Notes: a model not told the origin generated them from the letters alone. DNA of 20,000 nucleotides from an uncultured virus (IMG/VR IMGVR_UViG_3300027659_000028) (IMGVR_UViG_3300027659_000028), one strand, 5' to 3'. Shown: positions 8,331-17,488, numbered from the stretch's first letter. Translations and numbers: made by a program.

Positions 8331-9962
8331 TCAGGCGTATCTCTGAAGGAAGTTGGATCGTTCACGGACTTCGTTGATCGGGGCTTGGTAGGCAGCGGCC
8401 CGCTGCTGGAGCTTGTTGTCTATGGAGGCTTGGTCGGGTGATCTTGCCTCTTTTTTAAGGGAATCGTTGGTTTTGCTTATGATACGATTTCCAGTAACAC
8501 CAGTAGCCATGTCATCGTAAGTATGCTCTTTTGATCCATACTCAAGATTTTGAGCGACTCCGTCGAGGTAAGCGATCCTGCTTTTTCGAGATTCCTGTTC
8601 TTTGTCTGCAATCTCAATCTCAGTTTTCCTGTATTCAGCGGACTGTCTTGATGTTTCTTCCTTTTCGATTTGTTCTGGAGACTTGGCTGAAGGAGACTTG
8701 ATCTTATCCGCCAAAGCCTTCATGGCGTTGATATTCTCATCGCCAAGACTGGGGAATTTTTCAGAAAAGCTTCTTCGGCTTTCCTCAAGACGTGATTTCT
8801 CCGCTTCTTCTGGGGTTGGCTCCTTAGCGGAAAGCGTCGGCATCCGGCTGTCCGTCTGCGGCTCCGCCAGCTGATCATTGGAGGCTTGATACAGGGGGTC
8901 GATGGAGTCGCCTTTGCCTGTGTTCTTCGACAAAGACGCAACACCTTTGTCAATCTGCTTGAGCATCTGATCCTTGGTTATTCCAAGGCTTTCCCCATAA
9001 GCATAAAGCTCGTCGTTTGGAGTTCCAGAAAGATGTTCTTCAGGGTTTTTTCGGTTTTTGTCCACTGGTGCGCGGCCAAGTTCGAGCAAATCTTTACCGA
9101 GCTTCTGTCTCTTGAAAACATTCGCCTGCTCTTCAATCGCGTTCTTGCGCTTCGTCTCCCACTCCATTGGTGCTGGCTTGCCCTTTCCCGCCCCACCCTG
9201 TGCCACAGGAGGCGTCGTAGCGGGGACCGGGGCACCTTGTCCCACAGGCTCGCTCGGAGCGCTCACAAGGCCATTCTCGTCCGTCGTCGGAGGAGTAATC
9301 CTAGTCCCGCCCGCAGGCGCAGCTGGATAACCATCTACGCGAGTGCCAACCTCCCCAGTGGATGCACCGTCGCGTTCGGGGATGTAGTTTAAATTTGAGC
9401 GAGGCTGGGCGCTGCCGGGACCGTATTTATCGGTGTTCGTAGCGCTTATGGACGGCTTTGCGTTTGAAGTTGGAGTATCAGCTTGTGATGTTCCCAGCTT
9501 TGAATTCCCTCCGTCAGCGGTGGACGTTCCAATTTTCGAATTCGTTCCACCATCAGCCGTAGCGACACCAACATTCTTGTTTACAGCGTCAGCCTGACCG
9601 GCAACCACATCGGCTGAATTCTGTTTGCCTTGGAGCCGTAGGCCCTCTTTCGTGAAGTTGTCCGCCGTTTGACTGTCTTGATTCCGGTTTTGTTCCGCGT
9701 CCCTTATTCCGCGACCGTTGATATATCCCGGCGTGTCTCTTCGATTTTGCTGCTCTTTGGCCGCCGCAATTCTCACGGATGCTGGCTGGCTGGAATCGCG
9801 CATCGTCTTCGACAGCATCCGGTCAGAAGCAGCCTGATCCATCCTGTCTGCTTTTGCCGCCCGCTCACCAGCGCTTGGGGCCGCCATGCTATACTTCCTG
9901 CTTCCCGTTGGCTTATCCAGCGAGGAGGTTCCGTTCATTCGTCTTCCGTCTCCGAGTCCCAT
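8331..9962 (-). CDS. 543-aa low-complexity, largely disordered protein, probable internal virion protein
   Basis: Long ORF; hydrophilic and Pro/Gly/Thr-rich; short internal repeat (TADGGTNSKIGTSTADGGNSKLGTS). Function inferred from position. Confidence 0.72.
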   Translation of the reverse strand: MGLGDGRRMNGTSSLDKPTGSRKYSMAAPSAGERAAKADRMDQAASDRMLSKTMRDSSQPASVRIAAAKEQQNRRDTPGYINGRGIRDAEQNRNQDSQTADNFTKEGLRLQGKQNSADVVAGQADAVNKNVGVATADGGTNSKIGTSTADGGNSKLGTSQADTPTSNAKPSISATNTDKYGPGSAQPRSNLNYIPERDGASTGEVGTRVDGYPAAPAGGTRITPPTTDENGLVSAPSEPVGQGAPVPATTPPVAQGGAGKGKPAPMEWETKRKNAIEEQANVFKRQKLGKDLLELGRAPVDKNRKNPEEHLSGTPNDELYAYGESLGITKDQMLKQIDKGVASLSKNTGKGDSIDPLYQASNDQLAEPQTDSRMPTLSAKEPTPEEAEKSRLEESRRSFSEKFPSLGDENINAMKALADKIKSPSAKSPEQIEKEETSRQSAEYRKTEIEIADKEQESRKSRIAYLDGVAQNLEYGSKEHTYDDMATGVTGNRIISKTNDSLKKEARSPDQASIDNKLQQRAAAYQAPINEVRERSNFLQRYA

Positions 9963-9964
9963 AT

Positions 9965-9979
9965 TTTAGTCAGGCTAAA
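9965..9979. promoter_or_regulatory. 15-bp palindromic motif copy 5 (TTTAGTCAGGCTAAA), intergenic, operator-like
   Basis: Occupies 15 of the 19 intergenic bases, 2 nt upstream of the ATG at 9962; identical to the 8312 copy. Confidence 0.7.
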
Positions 9980-9981
9980 GG

Positions 9982-10638
9982 TTAATTGAATTGGCGCGGC
10001 TTTCTCCGCAGGCTGGAATCCATCCCCAGATTGAACTTCTTGGGACCGTGCACCTGTCTCTCCGACAGCTTGATGAACTGGTCAAAGCTCTGCCAATGGC
10101 CCATCGCTTCGGCGTCGTTGCCGACCACCTCCGCGCACACGGCCCGGATGGCACATTTAAGCGCCCCGGAGCTCTCGACGGGGATGACGGAGTCCTCGCT
10201 CAACACAGGGGCTTCCAGCTTCATCAGGACGTAGTAAGGACCGCCCGTGGGAGCAAACCCCAGCGGCATCCGGTATTTGCGGACCAGAACCTCGTCCACC
10301 TCCACCGTCCCCATGTCCACCACCGACAGGTCGCCGCCGTTCACCCCGTTCTTGAACAGGATGGTCTGGTCCATGATCGACCAGCCTCGCGACTGGTTCC
10401 TGAACCCCACCATCCCGTTGTAAGTTTGCTCGTTGAAATGGAGGAAGTATTCCACCAGATCGGCGTCGTAGATGAAATCCTCGTCTGCCAGCTCCACCTG
10501 CACCGTCGTCCCCGGCCAGCGGCCCATCTCATACACCCGGTCCACCGCCTCTTGGATCGCGTCCTCGATGCTGATGTCCGTGGTGACAAGAGAGCCAAAA
10601 CGGACAGCAGCTTCGGAGAATGTCATGAGCTTCGCCAT
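9982..10638 (-). CDS. 218-aa putative head-tail adaptor / tail tubular protein A-like
   Basis: N-terminal 'IEDAIQEAVDRVYEMGRW' helix and C-terminal 'ALKCAIRA...A..HW' helices resemble podovirus adaptors; size and position fit; high GC3. Confidence 0.6.
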   Translation of the reverse strand: MAKLMTFSEAAVRFGSLVTTDISIEDAIQEAVDRVYEMGRWPGTTVQVELADEDFIYDADLVEYFLHFNEQTYNGMVGFRNQSRGWSIMDQTILFKNGVNGGDLSVVDMGTVEVDEVLVRKYRMPLGFAPTGGPYYVLMKLEAPVLSEDSVIPVESSGALKCAIRAVCAEVVGNDAEAMGHWQSFDQFIKLSERQVHGPKKFNLGMDSSLRRKPRQFN

Positions 10639-10646
10639 ATTTTTTG

Positions 10647-10674
10647 ATTATGCTGATTGTAAGGAAAGATTCAA
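10647..10674 (-). promoter_or_regulatory. Sigma70-like promoter TTGAAT-N16-CATAAT
   Basis: -35 at 10674-10669, -10 at 10652-10647. Lies just downstream of a terminator and 8 nt before the ATG at 10638. Confidence 0.55.
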
Positions 10675-10688
10675 GAACCGATTCATGC

Positions 10689-10727
10689 AAATAAAAGGAA
10701 CCCGCCGCCTTGAAGACGACGGGTCCC
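10689..10727 (-). terminator. Rho-independent terminator
   Basis: Minus strand GGGACCCGTCGTC-TTCAA-GGCGGCGGGTTCC (13-bp stem with G-U pairs) followed by TTTTATTT, 11 nt after the stop at 10739. Confidence 0.85.
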
Positions 10728-10738
10728 GAAAAACCGAA

Positions 10739-11338
10739 TCACTCGTCGGTGACCTCGACGGCGCTGGCGGTGGTGACAACGGTCACAAAATAAGAACGGG
10801 TGATCACCCCGGTGTTGTCGTCAATGCTGGAACTGCGGGTGATCGTCAGTTTGGATGAACGGTCCCCGACAGCGAGACCGGTGTAGCGCCAGTAGAGCAT
10901 CTCCATGATGCCGAAGACCACCTTGCGCCAGTCGCCCACGGTGGATGCGGTGGCCTCGGTGTCCGTCACTTCGTCGAGCAAGCCCATAACTTGGCAGGTG
11001 TTGGCGGCGGTCCCCCCAACAGTGATTGCCAGCGTGTCGCCGCCACGGGTGGCAGACAGGGTGATCGTGTCCGTGGTGGGTGTGGTTTTTACGTAGTAAT
11101 CCGTAGACTCGGAAATCCCGGTCGGCAAAGCAGGGGTTGTCCCCGCCAATGAAAAGCGGACCCGGTCCCCGACGATGAGCCCGTGATCGGCGGCGAACAG
11201 GAGGATGTCATCGGTCGCGCACGAAACCGTGGTGCCGGTAGTGGTTCCTGCTGCTGTGTTGGTTTTCAGGCTGATCGCGCTGGAGGCGAGGGAGTAGGAT
11301 TTGCCGAAGAAGGCAAGCGGTGATTTGGAATAGGCCAT
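10739..11338 (-). CDS. 199-aa phage structural protein with an 'HGL..GD.V' beta domain (possible decoration protein)
   Basis: DHGLIVGDRVRFS...LPTGIS..TDYYV...TITLSATRGG pattern is typical of small beta-barrel modules in virion proteins; Thr-rich; has its own promoter and terminator. Confidence 0.7.
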   Translation of the reverse strand: MAYSKSPLAFFGKSYSLASSAISLKTNTAAGTTTGTTVSCATDDILLFAADHGLIVGDRVRFSLAGTTPALPTGISESTDYYVKTTPTTDTITLSATRGGDTLAITVGGTAANTCQVMGLLDEVTDTEATASTVGDWRKVVFGIMEMLYWRYTGLAVGDRSSKLTITRSSSIDDNTGVITRSYFVTVVTTASAVEVTDE

Positions 11339-11378
11339 GGTCGTATTTGGTTGTTGGTTGTTGGTTGGATGCGTGAGA

Positions 11379-11407
11379 GTTATAGGGTTTTAGTGGAGCT
11401 GAGACAA
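11379..11407 (-). promoter_or_regulatory. Sigma70-like promoter TTGTCT-N17-TATAAC
   Basis: -35 at 11407-11402, -10 at 11384-11379, followed by a CCAA/CAA-rich leader to the ATG at 11338. Confidence 0.55.
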
Positions 11408-11409
11408 GC

Positions 11410-13314
11410 TCATTCAGGCGTTAAGCGATAACCCACCACCTTCACCCCCGTGCCCGGAGCTGGGGTCGGTAAATTTGTGAAGGCCACCATCGGGATAGTG
11501 GCATCCGACCCTCTTGTTGGGACGGGCAGTTTGGTCCATGTTTGAGAAATAACCTTTGCCCCGGCTCCGGAAGCCGAATCGCACCGTACATAAAAGCCGC
11601 CACCTGCCCCATCATGTTTTCCGGAATAAGTTGTAGATATGTTGGTGTTGCTTGGAGTTGGAGTTGTACCGCCGGAGGGTTTATAAAAGTAGGGCTTATA
11701 GTCGCTGGGGGTCCAGTCAATTCCACCAGCAACCGCTTTGTATTTTGAGGCGACAGGTTCAAGGGGGTCGCTTGAGGTGTCTGAGTATTCCTCCATCACT
11801 TCAAGGCTAAATCTACCGCTTACACTCGTCGCTCCACAGCTGGGCTTCTCGCCATCGGCCTTGATCCCTAAGTTTGCCACGGTGGTCTTTACTCGGTAGG
11901 TAGACTCCGAAGTCTTAAACCCAGAATGCCCCCAAGTATTTCCTTCACGGTATCGGGTATAGGCTAGCGCCACGACATTGAATCCCGGGGTGCTTGAGAC
12001 GATTCCATCTTTAACAACGACCCACTCCCACTTAATCACCGTGGTTCCGGGTGTGAGTCCGGGTTTTTCTACCGCAGTCCAGCGTTCAATCTTTGGAACG
12101 GAAACTTGCGCACCCATCATGCCATCCGGATTAGTAGCTGGAAATCTATACTTCACCTGCAAAGTAGACGAATCTGTTGTGACAGCCGTCCGACTAATAA
12201 TGTCACGCCCCGTAAAATAATCAGTTGCCCGCACTTCAAGTGTGAGCCTCAACTTGGTGCCATCAATGGATATGAAAACAACTTCATGGCCCCGCCCGTC
12301 GCCGTTGTAATATGGCGATGCGTGATTGCCAGCCAGCTTGGGGGCCTTATTGAGTACGGTGTCGTTGCCGAAAAGACCCCAATCATCCACGTATTTTTTA
12401 TTATTCGGCACGCGGTTTGAAAGGACCGTATTCCAAGACCCGGTATTATACATTTCATACCCCGCGGACACATAGCCCGAGCCGCCGTATTCACCTTTTT
12501 TCATCAAGGCGGGGATTAACTGTTGGGTTTCAATCAAGACATGCACAGAGTATTTACCGTCCCAGAACTCGTATTCACTCTCGCCACTTGGGACGGTCTT
12601 TGAGAAATTTGGGTACGAGTCGCCATAACTATAATCACAAACGCAAACTGCGCCACCACTTTTGGTTGATTCAGTATGATATGCCATGGAGATTGCGGTA
12701 TTCCCCACTTTGGAGTTCCCGCTCAAGGCGCTCCACGCGGAAAGAACCGGCACAAGATTCTCGGTGGTGACCGGCTCGCTAAGCCCGACGCTGTGGGTAA
12801 AACCAACTGTGCTGCCTTCTGTCTCTGGTGGTTCTGGAGGAATCCAAGTCTTGAATACGACCGAAGATTCGGTCTGGGCGTGGGCCGTCCCGAATACATG
12901 ATTACCCCCGCCGAGATAGCGGTAGTTATCCCCCGTATGGTTTTCCTTGATTTCTATTACTCCGTTTGATTTAACATTATAACTGTAGTTTTCATTATAG
13001 GTATAGTTCTTTACTACCCGTTCTAGGGAGCCATCATCCTGAATTTCCCACGACCATGCCTGCCAATCCGTCCGGCTCTTGGAATAAATATTTTCACCGC
13101 ATATTACAGTTCTTATACCCGGTGTTTGTAGAGCGTTTGAGTACGTAAATTGGCTGAAATTGATTGCGCCTAAACCGAGTGCGGTAGCCCTCGTGGCGGG
13201 CAAGGACTGCCGTGTCTCCCCAAGAGTTAGCGGGTAAACGTAACCATACGAACTCCCCCCTCCATGGGTATACACCGGGACAACCAAGTCGTTGTGTGTA
13301 AGTTCGTAAAACAT
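11410..13314 (-). CDS. 634-aa beta-rich (Gly/Ser/Thr/Tyr) protein, putative tail/receptor-binding component
   Basis: Long ORF coupled to the upstream gene by a TAATG overlap; visibly more AT-rich than its neighbours. Confidence 0.75.
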   Translation of the reverse strand: MFYELTHNDLVVPVYTHGGGSSYGYVYPLTLGETRQSLPATRATALGLGAINFSQFTYSNALQTPGIRTVICGENIYSKSRTDWQAWSWEIQDDGSLERVVKNYTYNENYSYNVKSNGVIEIKENHTGDNYRYLGGGNHVFGTAHAQTESSVVFKTWIPPEPPETEGSTVGFTHSVGLSEPVTTENLVPVLSAWSALSGNSKVGNTAISMAYHTESTKSGGAVCVCDYSYGDSYPNFSKTVPSGESEYEFWDGKYSVHVLIETQQLIPALMKKGEYGGSGYVSAGYEMYNTGSWNTVLSNRVPNNKKYVDDWGLFGNDTVLNKAPKLAGNHASPYYNGDGRGHEVVFISIDGTKLRLTLEVRATDYFTGRDIISRTAVTTDSSTLQVKYRFPATNPDGMMGAQVSVPKIERWTAVEKPGLTPGTTVIKWEWVVVKDGIVSSTPGFNVVALAYTRYREGNTWGHSGFKTSESTYRVKTTVANLGIKADGEKPSCGATSVSGRFSLEVMEEYSDTSSDPLEPVASKYKAVAGGIDWTPSDYKPYFYKPSGGTTPTPSNTNISTTYSGKHDGAGGGFYVRCDSASGAGAKVISQTWTKLPVPTRGSDATIPMVAFTNLPTPAPGTGVKVVGYRLTPE

Positions 13315-14030
13315 TAGACGCGGTGGTGGGACAATAATTTTGTGAGTATCACATCCCCGGCAGACCCACCAGCAATGTTTGAAACGTGCTCCGTCACCAT
13401 AACACTGCCGTAATTCGGGTTGATATAAAACGATCCTTCGGTAGACACGTAAACCGAACCCAAACTGAACACATAAAATTCAGGTCGTTCACCACCCGCC
13501 ATCCACTCTGGAGTCTCATGGGCATCCCAATTGGACGCTTGGAGTATCTTAAAGTTGGTTACCGCAAGGGATTTCTTGGGCCCAAAAAAGACCTTAGCAA
13601 AAAAATAACTATTGCGACTCGTACCCAAGCCTACGTCAAAGTGTTCGTCCCAATTGTCCGCTATGGCGTTGTTAACGGTCCCCCATGTTACATAAATCCT
13701 TACTGTGTTTTTGGGGGATTCACCCGGATCAGGAATGTAGGCGGGGCGAGATGCTGTAAGCTCAAGGGGATTCTTCTTTTGACCCTTGCGGTCCGGAGTG
13801 AGGGTGATCTTGAGCTCGGTCTTGTTGCGGAGATACGGCTCCGGGGTCGCGTAGGCTCCGATCTTGGCAGGGACATAGTTACTGCCTTGGCCGGGGCCGA
13901 AGAAAGAGTTGGGGTTGCGCGGACCAGTGTCCCACGGGTCGCGGGTAATCGGCGTGCCCCTGCTCCCGGTCCCTCTGCCCGCGCCAGCGGTAGCCGCATC
14001 ATTCACCGTGCCTGTGTCCTTGAGTCCCAT
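13314..14030 (-). CDS. 238-aa putative tail-associated structural protein
   Basis: Coupled at both ends (TGATG at 14028-14032, TAATG at 13312-13316); 'YVTWGTVNN' beta motif. Confidence 0.72.
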   Translation of the reverse strand: MGLKDTGTVNDAATAGAGRGTGSRGTPITRDPWDTGPRNPNSFFGPGQGSNYVPAKIGAYATPEPYLRNKTELKITLTPDRKGQKKNPLELTASRPAYIPDPGESPKNTVRIYVTWGTVNNAIADNWDEHFDVGLGTSRNSYFFAKVFFGPKKSLAVTNFKILQASNWDAHETPEWMAGGERPEFYVFSLGSVYVSTEGSFYINPNYGSVMVTEHVSNIAGGSAGDVILTKLLSHHRV

Positions 14031-17000
14031 CAGTCTTTATATTTGACTTGGATTTCCTTGACCAGATAGCCGTCCTCAAACGGGTCGATCTGGATCGCGT
14101 AGTTCTGCCATCCTTTTGGTATTTCAGGAGGCTCGGTGGCTGGAATGTTTGTGAAAGTATTAGGGAGCTTTTGGAGCGAAACGTAGTCCGGGTCGTTGGT
14201 CCCGATGATGTCGACTAACGTCATTTGTCGGTGCAGGGTCTCGCCGATGGACACCTGATACTGGATGCCGTCGTAGTCGATTCGCTTGGTCTTGAAGAGC
14301 AGTTGTTTGAATTTTTCCGCCTTAGCGGCGTCTCTGGTGAAATACTCCGTGATCTTGGCCGGGAACAGACCGCTGTAGCCTTCCTCGATGTCGGCGCGGA
14401 TGCAGATCTTGTCGCGGACGGGGCCTTCGCTGTTCGGCTTGCGCTTGATCGGCTCACGGAGAATCGCTTTGAGCACGCTCGGCGTCTGCGCGTTGATCAC
14501 CGAGTAGTAAATTACCGTTCTATTCGGCTCAACTTTTCGCACCGTTTTCTCAAACACCCGCTCCGTCCCTTGGGCGAACACCAGCCGGGTTTGGGAATTG
14601 GGTTCGGACGCTTCAGAACTCTTGGTAAAACTGGTGGTTTCGGTAACCGTGTAAGTAGGAGTGGTTTTTTTCGCCGACTGGAAAGATCTTTCAAGCGGCT
14701 TGACCGTCGGGGTCTCATTGAGGTAGACGCTGCCGCCGGGGCCGGAATAAACTTGGCGGCTTTTTCCGTTCGAGCCTGCACTAGAGCTTTTAGAGTAAGT
14801 CCCTTTCCATGTGATTGATCCCCACGAGTTGGCATCAATTTCCTCGGTGCTACCTTCAGGTTGTAGAGTAGCGTTCTCATTGAGGAACACCGTGGTGTCG
14901 CCGACACGGGCGACCTGACGTGATTTCTGCCCTCCGGAAGAGGTGGCGTAAGTCCCGTCCCACGTGATTGACCCCCATGCGTTGGGGTCAATCTCCTTGG
15001 TGCCGCCGCTAACCTTGAGGGCGGCCGTTTCGTTGAAAAACACCTGCTCGACGCCGTTGCTCCACACTTGACGCGAGCGGGTGCCGCTGGTGGTTTTGGC
15101 GTAGGTCCCGTTCCACTCGATCTGGCCCCATTGCTGGGAATCCACATCCTTGCCGGTGCCGGAGGTGGTCGCCGTGGTTGTCGTGGTCTCATAAACCGTT
15201 GTCTGCCCGTCATTGTAAACGAGGTTGACTGATCCGCCGGAAGGCGCTTTGTCGCTGGTGGTGTAATCGGTGGTGCTTTTAATCGAGCCCCACTGCTGGG
15301 CGTTGGTCTCGATTCCTTTCAGCCCGGGCTTGGCTGTCGAGGTGACCTCGTTGATCTCGAAGACCTTCACGTCACCATCGTCGTAGATCTTGTTGGAAGC
15401 GCCTGTCTTGGTGTTGACGGTGTTGCTCGTGTCGTAGCGTTTGGCGGTCTTGATTGTGACGTATGGCTTCTCATCTTTCTCCTGACCAGCTTCGCCCGGC
15501 TTGGCCACGGCGGTGACTTCATTCACCTCGTAGACTTGGACCTTGCCGTCGTTAAAGACGATATTGGCCGAGCCCGTTTTGGTCGCCACATCTGCGTTAG
15601 GTGAGTAGCGTTTCTTGGTCTCGATCTTTACGAACGGCTTCTCGTCCTTTTCGGTTCCAGCAGGGCCGGAGCGTGCGGTCGCGGTATCGACCTTTTTTTC
15701 ATACACCGTGGTGGACCCGTCGTCGTAGATCTTGTTGGTGCTGCCGACCTCTCCCGTGCCAAGCGTTCCGGTGTTCTGGTATGTGGCCGTGGACGTGATC
15801 GAGACAAATGGCTTGGTCTGCTGCTCCACGCCCGCCGAGCCGAATCGCCCGGTGGATGTCACCTCGCTGACTTCGTAGATCTGGGTGGCCCCGTCGTTGA
15901 AGACCACGTTGGCGCTGCCAGTGAGCGTGCTGATGTTAGCCGTGGTGCTGAACCGCTTGGCGGTTTTGATGGTGACGAACGGCTTGGTGTCCTTCTCCTC
16001 CCCGGAAGGACCGGGGCGGGCGGTGGCGATCTCCGCCGTGTTCTCGTAAATCTTGCTGCCGTTCGGAGCTTCATAGACCAGTTTGGCCGAACCGTTGCCG
16101 GAAGCCGGGACCACGGGCGCGGTGCCGGGGGTCATCTTAGAAGTGATCTTGACGAATGGCTTCTGCTCCACGGCCTCGTCCACCGATGAGGTGTTGAGGG
16201 TGAAGCTCTGGCTGACCACCGTCTCCTCGGCGCGGTCGGGCGTTTCCTTCTGGTAGCTCTTGGCGACTTCGTCACCGGACAGAGACGGCGTGATTGGAAT
16301 CGCGCTTGCCGCAATCTTGCGGGTGGTCTTGGTCCGGGTCAGGTCCTTGCGGTAGCGCGGCGGCGGAGTGTCCGCGCCTTCCTTGCTGACCTCCTTGTTG
16401 ATGGGGTCAGACCAGCCACCCTTGGCGGTCTTGGTCTGCTTGACGCTCTTGCCGTTGCCAATGGGCTCGACCATGGAAGAGATGACGTTGAACCCTGAAT
16501 CGGCGGGGGTGCCGTCATTTACCAGAACCTCAGACACCGACTTGGTGACAATCTCTCCATACTCCTCGCCTTCGAGCGGGATGAGGTTTTCGGCAATCGT
16601 TTCGGTGATGGTCCGCTTCTCGTAGCGGTAGTCGTTGACCTTTTCGTGCTCGATGACGGTTTGTGGCGAGACGGGGCTGGCCGGATCTGGAATGTCGTCC
16701 ACGTTTACCGCAGCCAACGCGACCTGCTCGGTGGTCACCGAGGTGACGGTCTGGCCGCGATATTTCTGCGGGGTCAGGTTGTCCGTGCCCTTGGACTTCT
16801 TCTGCTTGTTCGGCCAGCCGTCCACGGTTGCGTCCGACGTGTCGCGCTTCTTCGCGGTGGAGGTTTGGCGAACACTCTTGCCGTTGCCAATCGGGTCCAC
16901 CGTGCTCTGGGAAACGTTCACGCTCTTGTCCGCGCTCGTTCCGTCCAGCACAAGGTCTTCCGAGGTGGCGAGCAACGTGCCGTCGGGGGCGAACTGCTGG

Positions 17001-17488
17001 CCCTCCAAGGCGGCGGAGTTCTCGGCAATGGTCTCGGTGACCTCGCTGAGCACTGCCTTGCCCGTGTTCGGGGTCTGGGTGACGACCGAGGACACAAGGT
17101 CGCCTGCAAGCGCCGTGGGCGCGGTGCCGGGGTCCACCTCCTGCTCGGTCTTGACCACCACGGTCTGGCTCCGGTATTTCTGCGGAGTGAGGTTGTCCTT
17201 GGATTTGGAAGTGGTCGTCCAAGCGGGGCCATCCAGCTTCTGGAAAATCCAGTAATGGTCCTTGCCACCCTTGTCAGCTGGCTCAATGGAGACCAGCGTG
17301 TAGCCCGCGTATTTCGCCGTGTCTTTCGCCGCCAGACCAATCTCGGTGATGGCTGTTCCAAACGGCTTGTCGGGAAACTTGGACGCCAGCGTCGGGTCCA
17401 TTCTGACGATGACCTCGTAGTGTCCCGCAGACGGTTCCAGCACCTTCATGATGCGCGGAGTGCTGAACGGTGGGTCTGGAACTGCCAT
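14030..17488 (-). CDS. 1152-aa Thr-rich tandem beta-repeat virion protein
   Basis: Three ~137-aa repeats (DNLTPQKYR...ETIAEN..LEG...PIGNGKSV.QT; third partial and diverged), then about ten 51-58-aa repeats (KPFV.I...YDDG/FNDG..VYE; later WG.I.W.GTY...SRQV...NE). Confidence 0.88.
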   Translation of the reverse strand: MAVPDPPFSTPRIMKVLEPSAGHYEVIVRMDPTLASKFPDKPFGTAITEIGLAAKDTAKYAGYTLVSIEPADKGGKDHYWIFQKLDGPAWTTTSKSKDNLTPQKYRSQTVVVKTEQEVDPGTAPTALAGDLVSSVVTQTPNTGKAVLSEVTETIAENSAALEGQQFAPDGTLLATSEDLVLDGTSADKSVNVSQSTVDPIGNGKSVRQTSTAKKRDTSDATVDGWPNKQKKSKGTDNLTPQKYRGQTVTSVTTEQVALAAVNVDDIPDPASPVSPQTVIEHEKVNDYRYEKRTITETIAENLIPLEGEEYGEIVTKSVSEVLVNDGTPADSGFNVISSMVEPIGNGKSVKQTKTAKGGWSDPINKEVSKEGADTPPPRYRKDLTRTKTTRKIAASAIPITPSLSGDEVAKSYQKETPDRAEETVVSQSFTLNTSSVDEAVEQKPFVKITSKMTPGTAPVVPASGNGSAKLVYEAPNGSKIYENTAEIATARPGPSGEEKDTKPFVTIKTAKRFSTTANISTLTGSANVVFNDGATQIYEVSEVTSTGRFGSAGVEQQTKPFVSITSTATYQNTGTLGTGEVGSTNKIYDDGSTTVYEKKVDTATARSGPAGTEKDEKPFVKIETKKRYSPNADVATKTGSANIVFNDGKVQVYEVNEVTAVAKPGEAGQEKDEKPYVTIKTAKRYDTSNTVNTKTGASNKIYDDGDVKVFEINEVTSTAKPGLKGIETNAQQWGSIKSTTDYTTSDKAPSGGSVNLVYNDGQTTVYETTTTTATTSGTGKDVDSQQWGQIEWNGTYAKTTSGTRSRQVWSNGVEQVFFNETAALKVSGGTKEIDPNAWGSITWDGTYATSSGGQKSRQVARVGDTTVFLNENATLQPEGSTEEIDANSWGSITWKGTYSKSSSAGSNGKSRQVYSGPGGSVYLNETPTVKPLERSFQSAKKTTPTYTVTETTSFTKSSEASEPNSQTRLVFAQGTERVFEKTVRKVEPNRTVIYYSVINAQTPSVLKAILREPIKRKPNSEGPVRDKICIRADIEEGYSGLFPAKITEYFTRDAAKAEKFKQLLFKTKRIDYDGIQYQVSIGETLHRQMTLVDIIGTNDPDYVSLQKLPNTFTNIPATEPPEIPKGWQNYAIQIDPFEDGYLVKEIQVKYKD

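Noticed and set aside
11388..11811. Half-site matches to the palindrome (TTTAGTGGAGCTGAG at 11388; GGCTAAA at 11805; similar half-sites near 4878 and 17492)
   Set aside because: Four or more mismatches or only one arm; compatible with chance.
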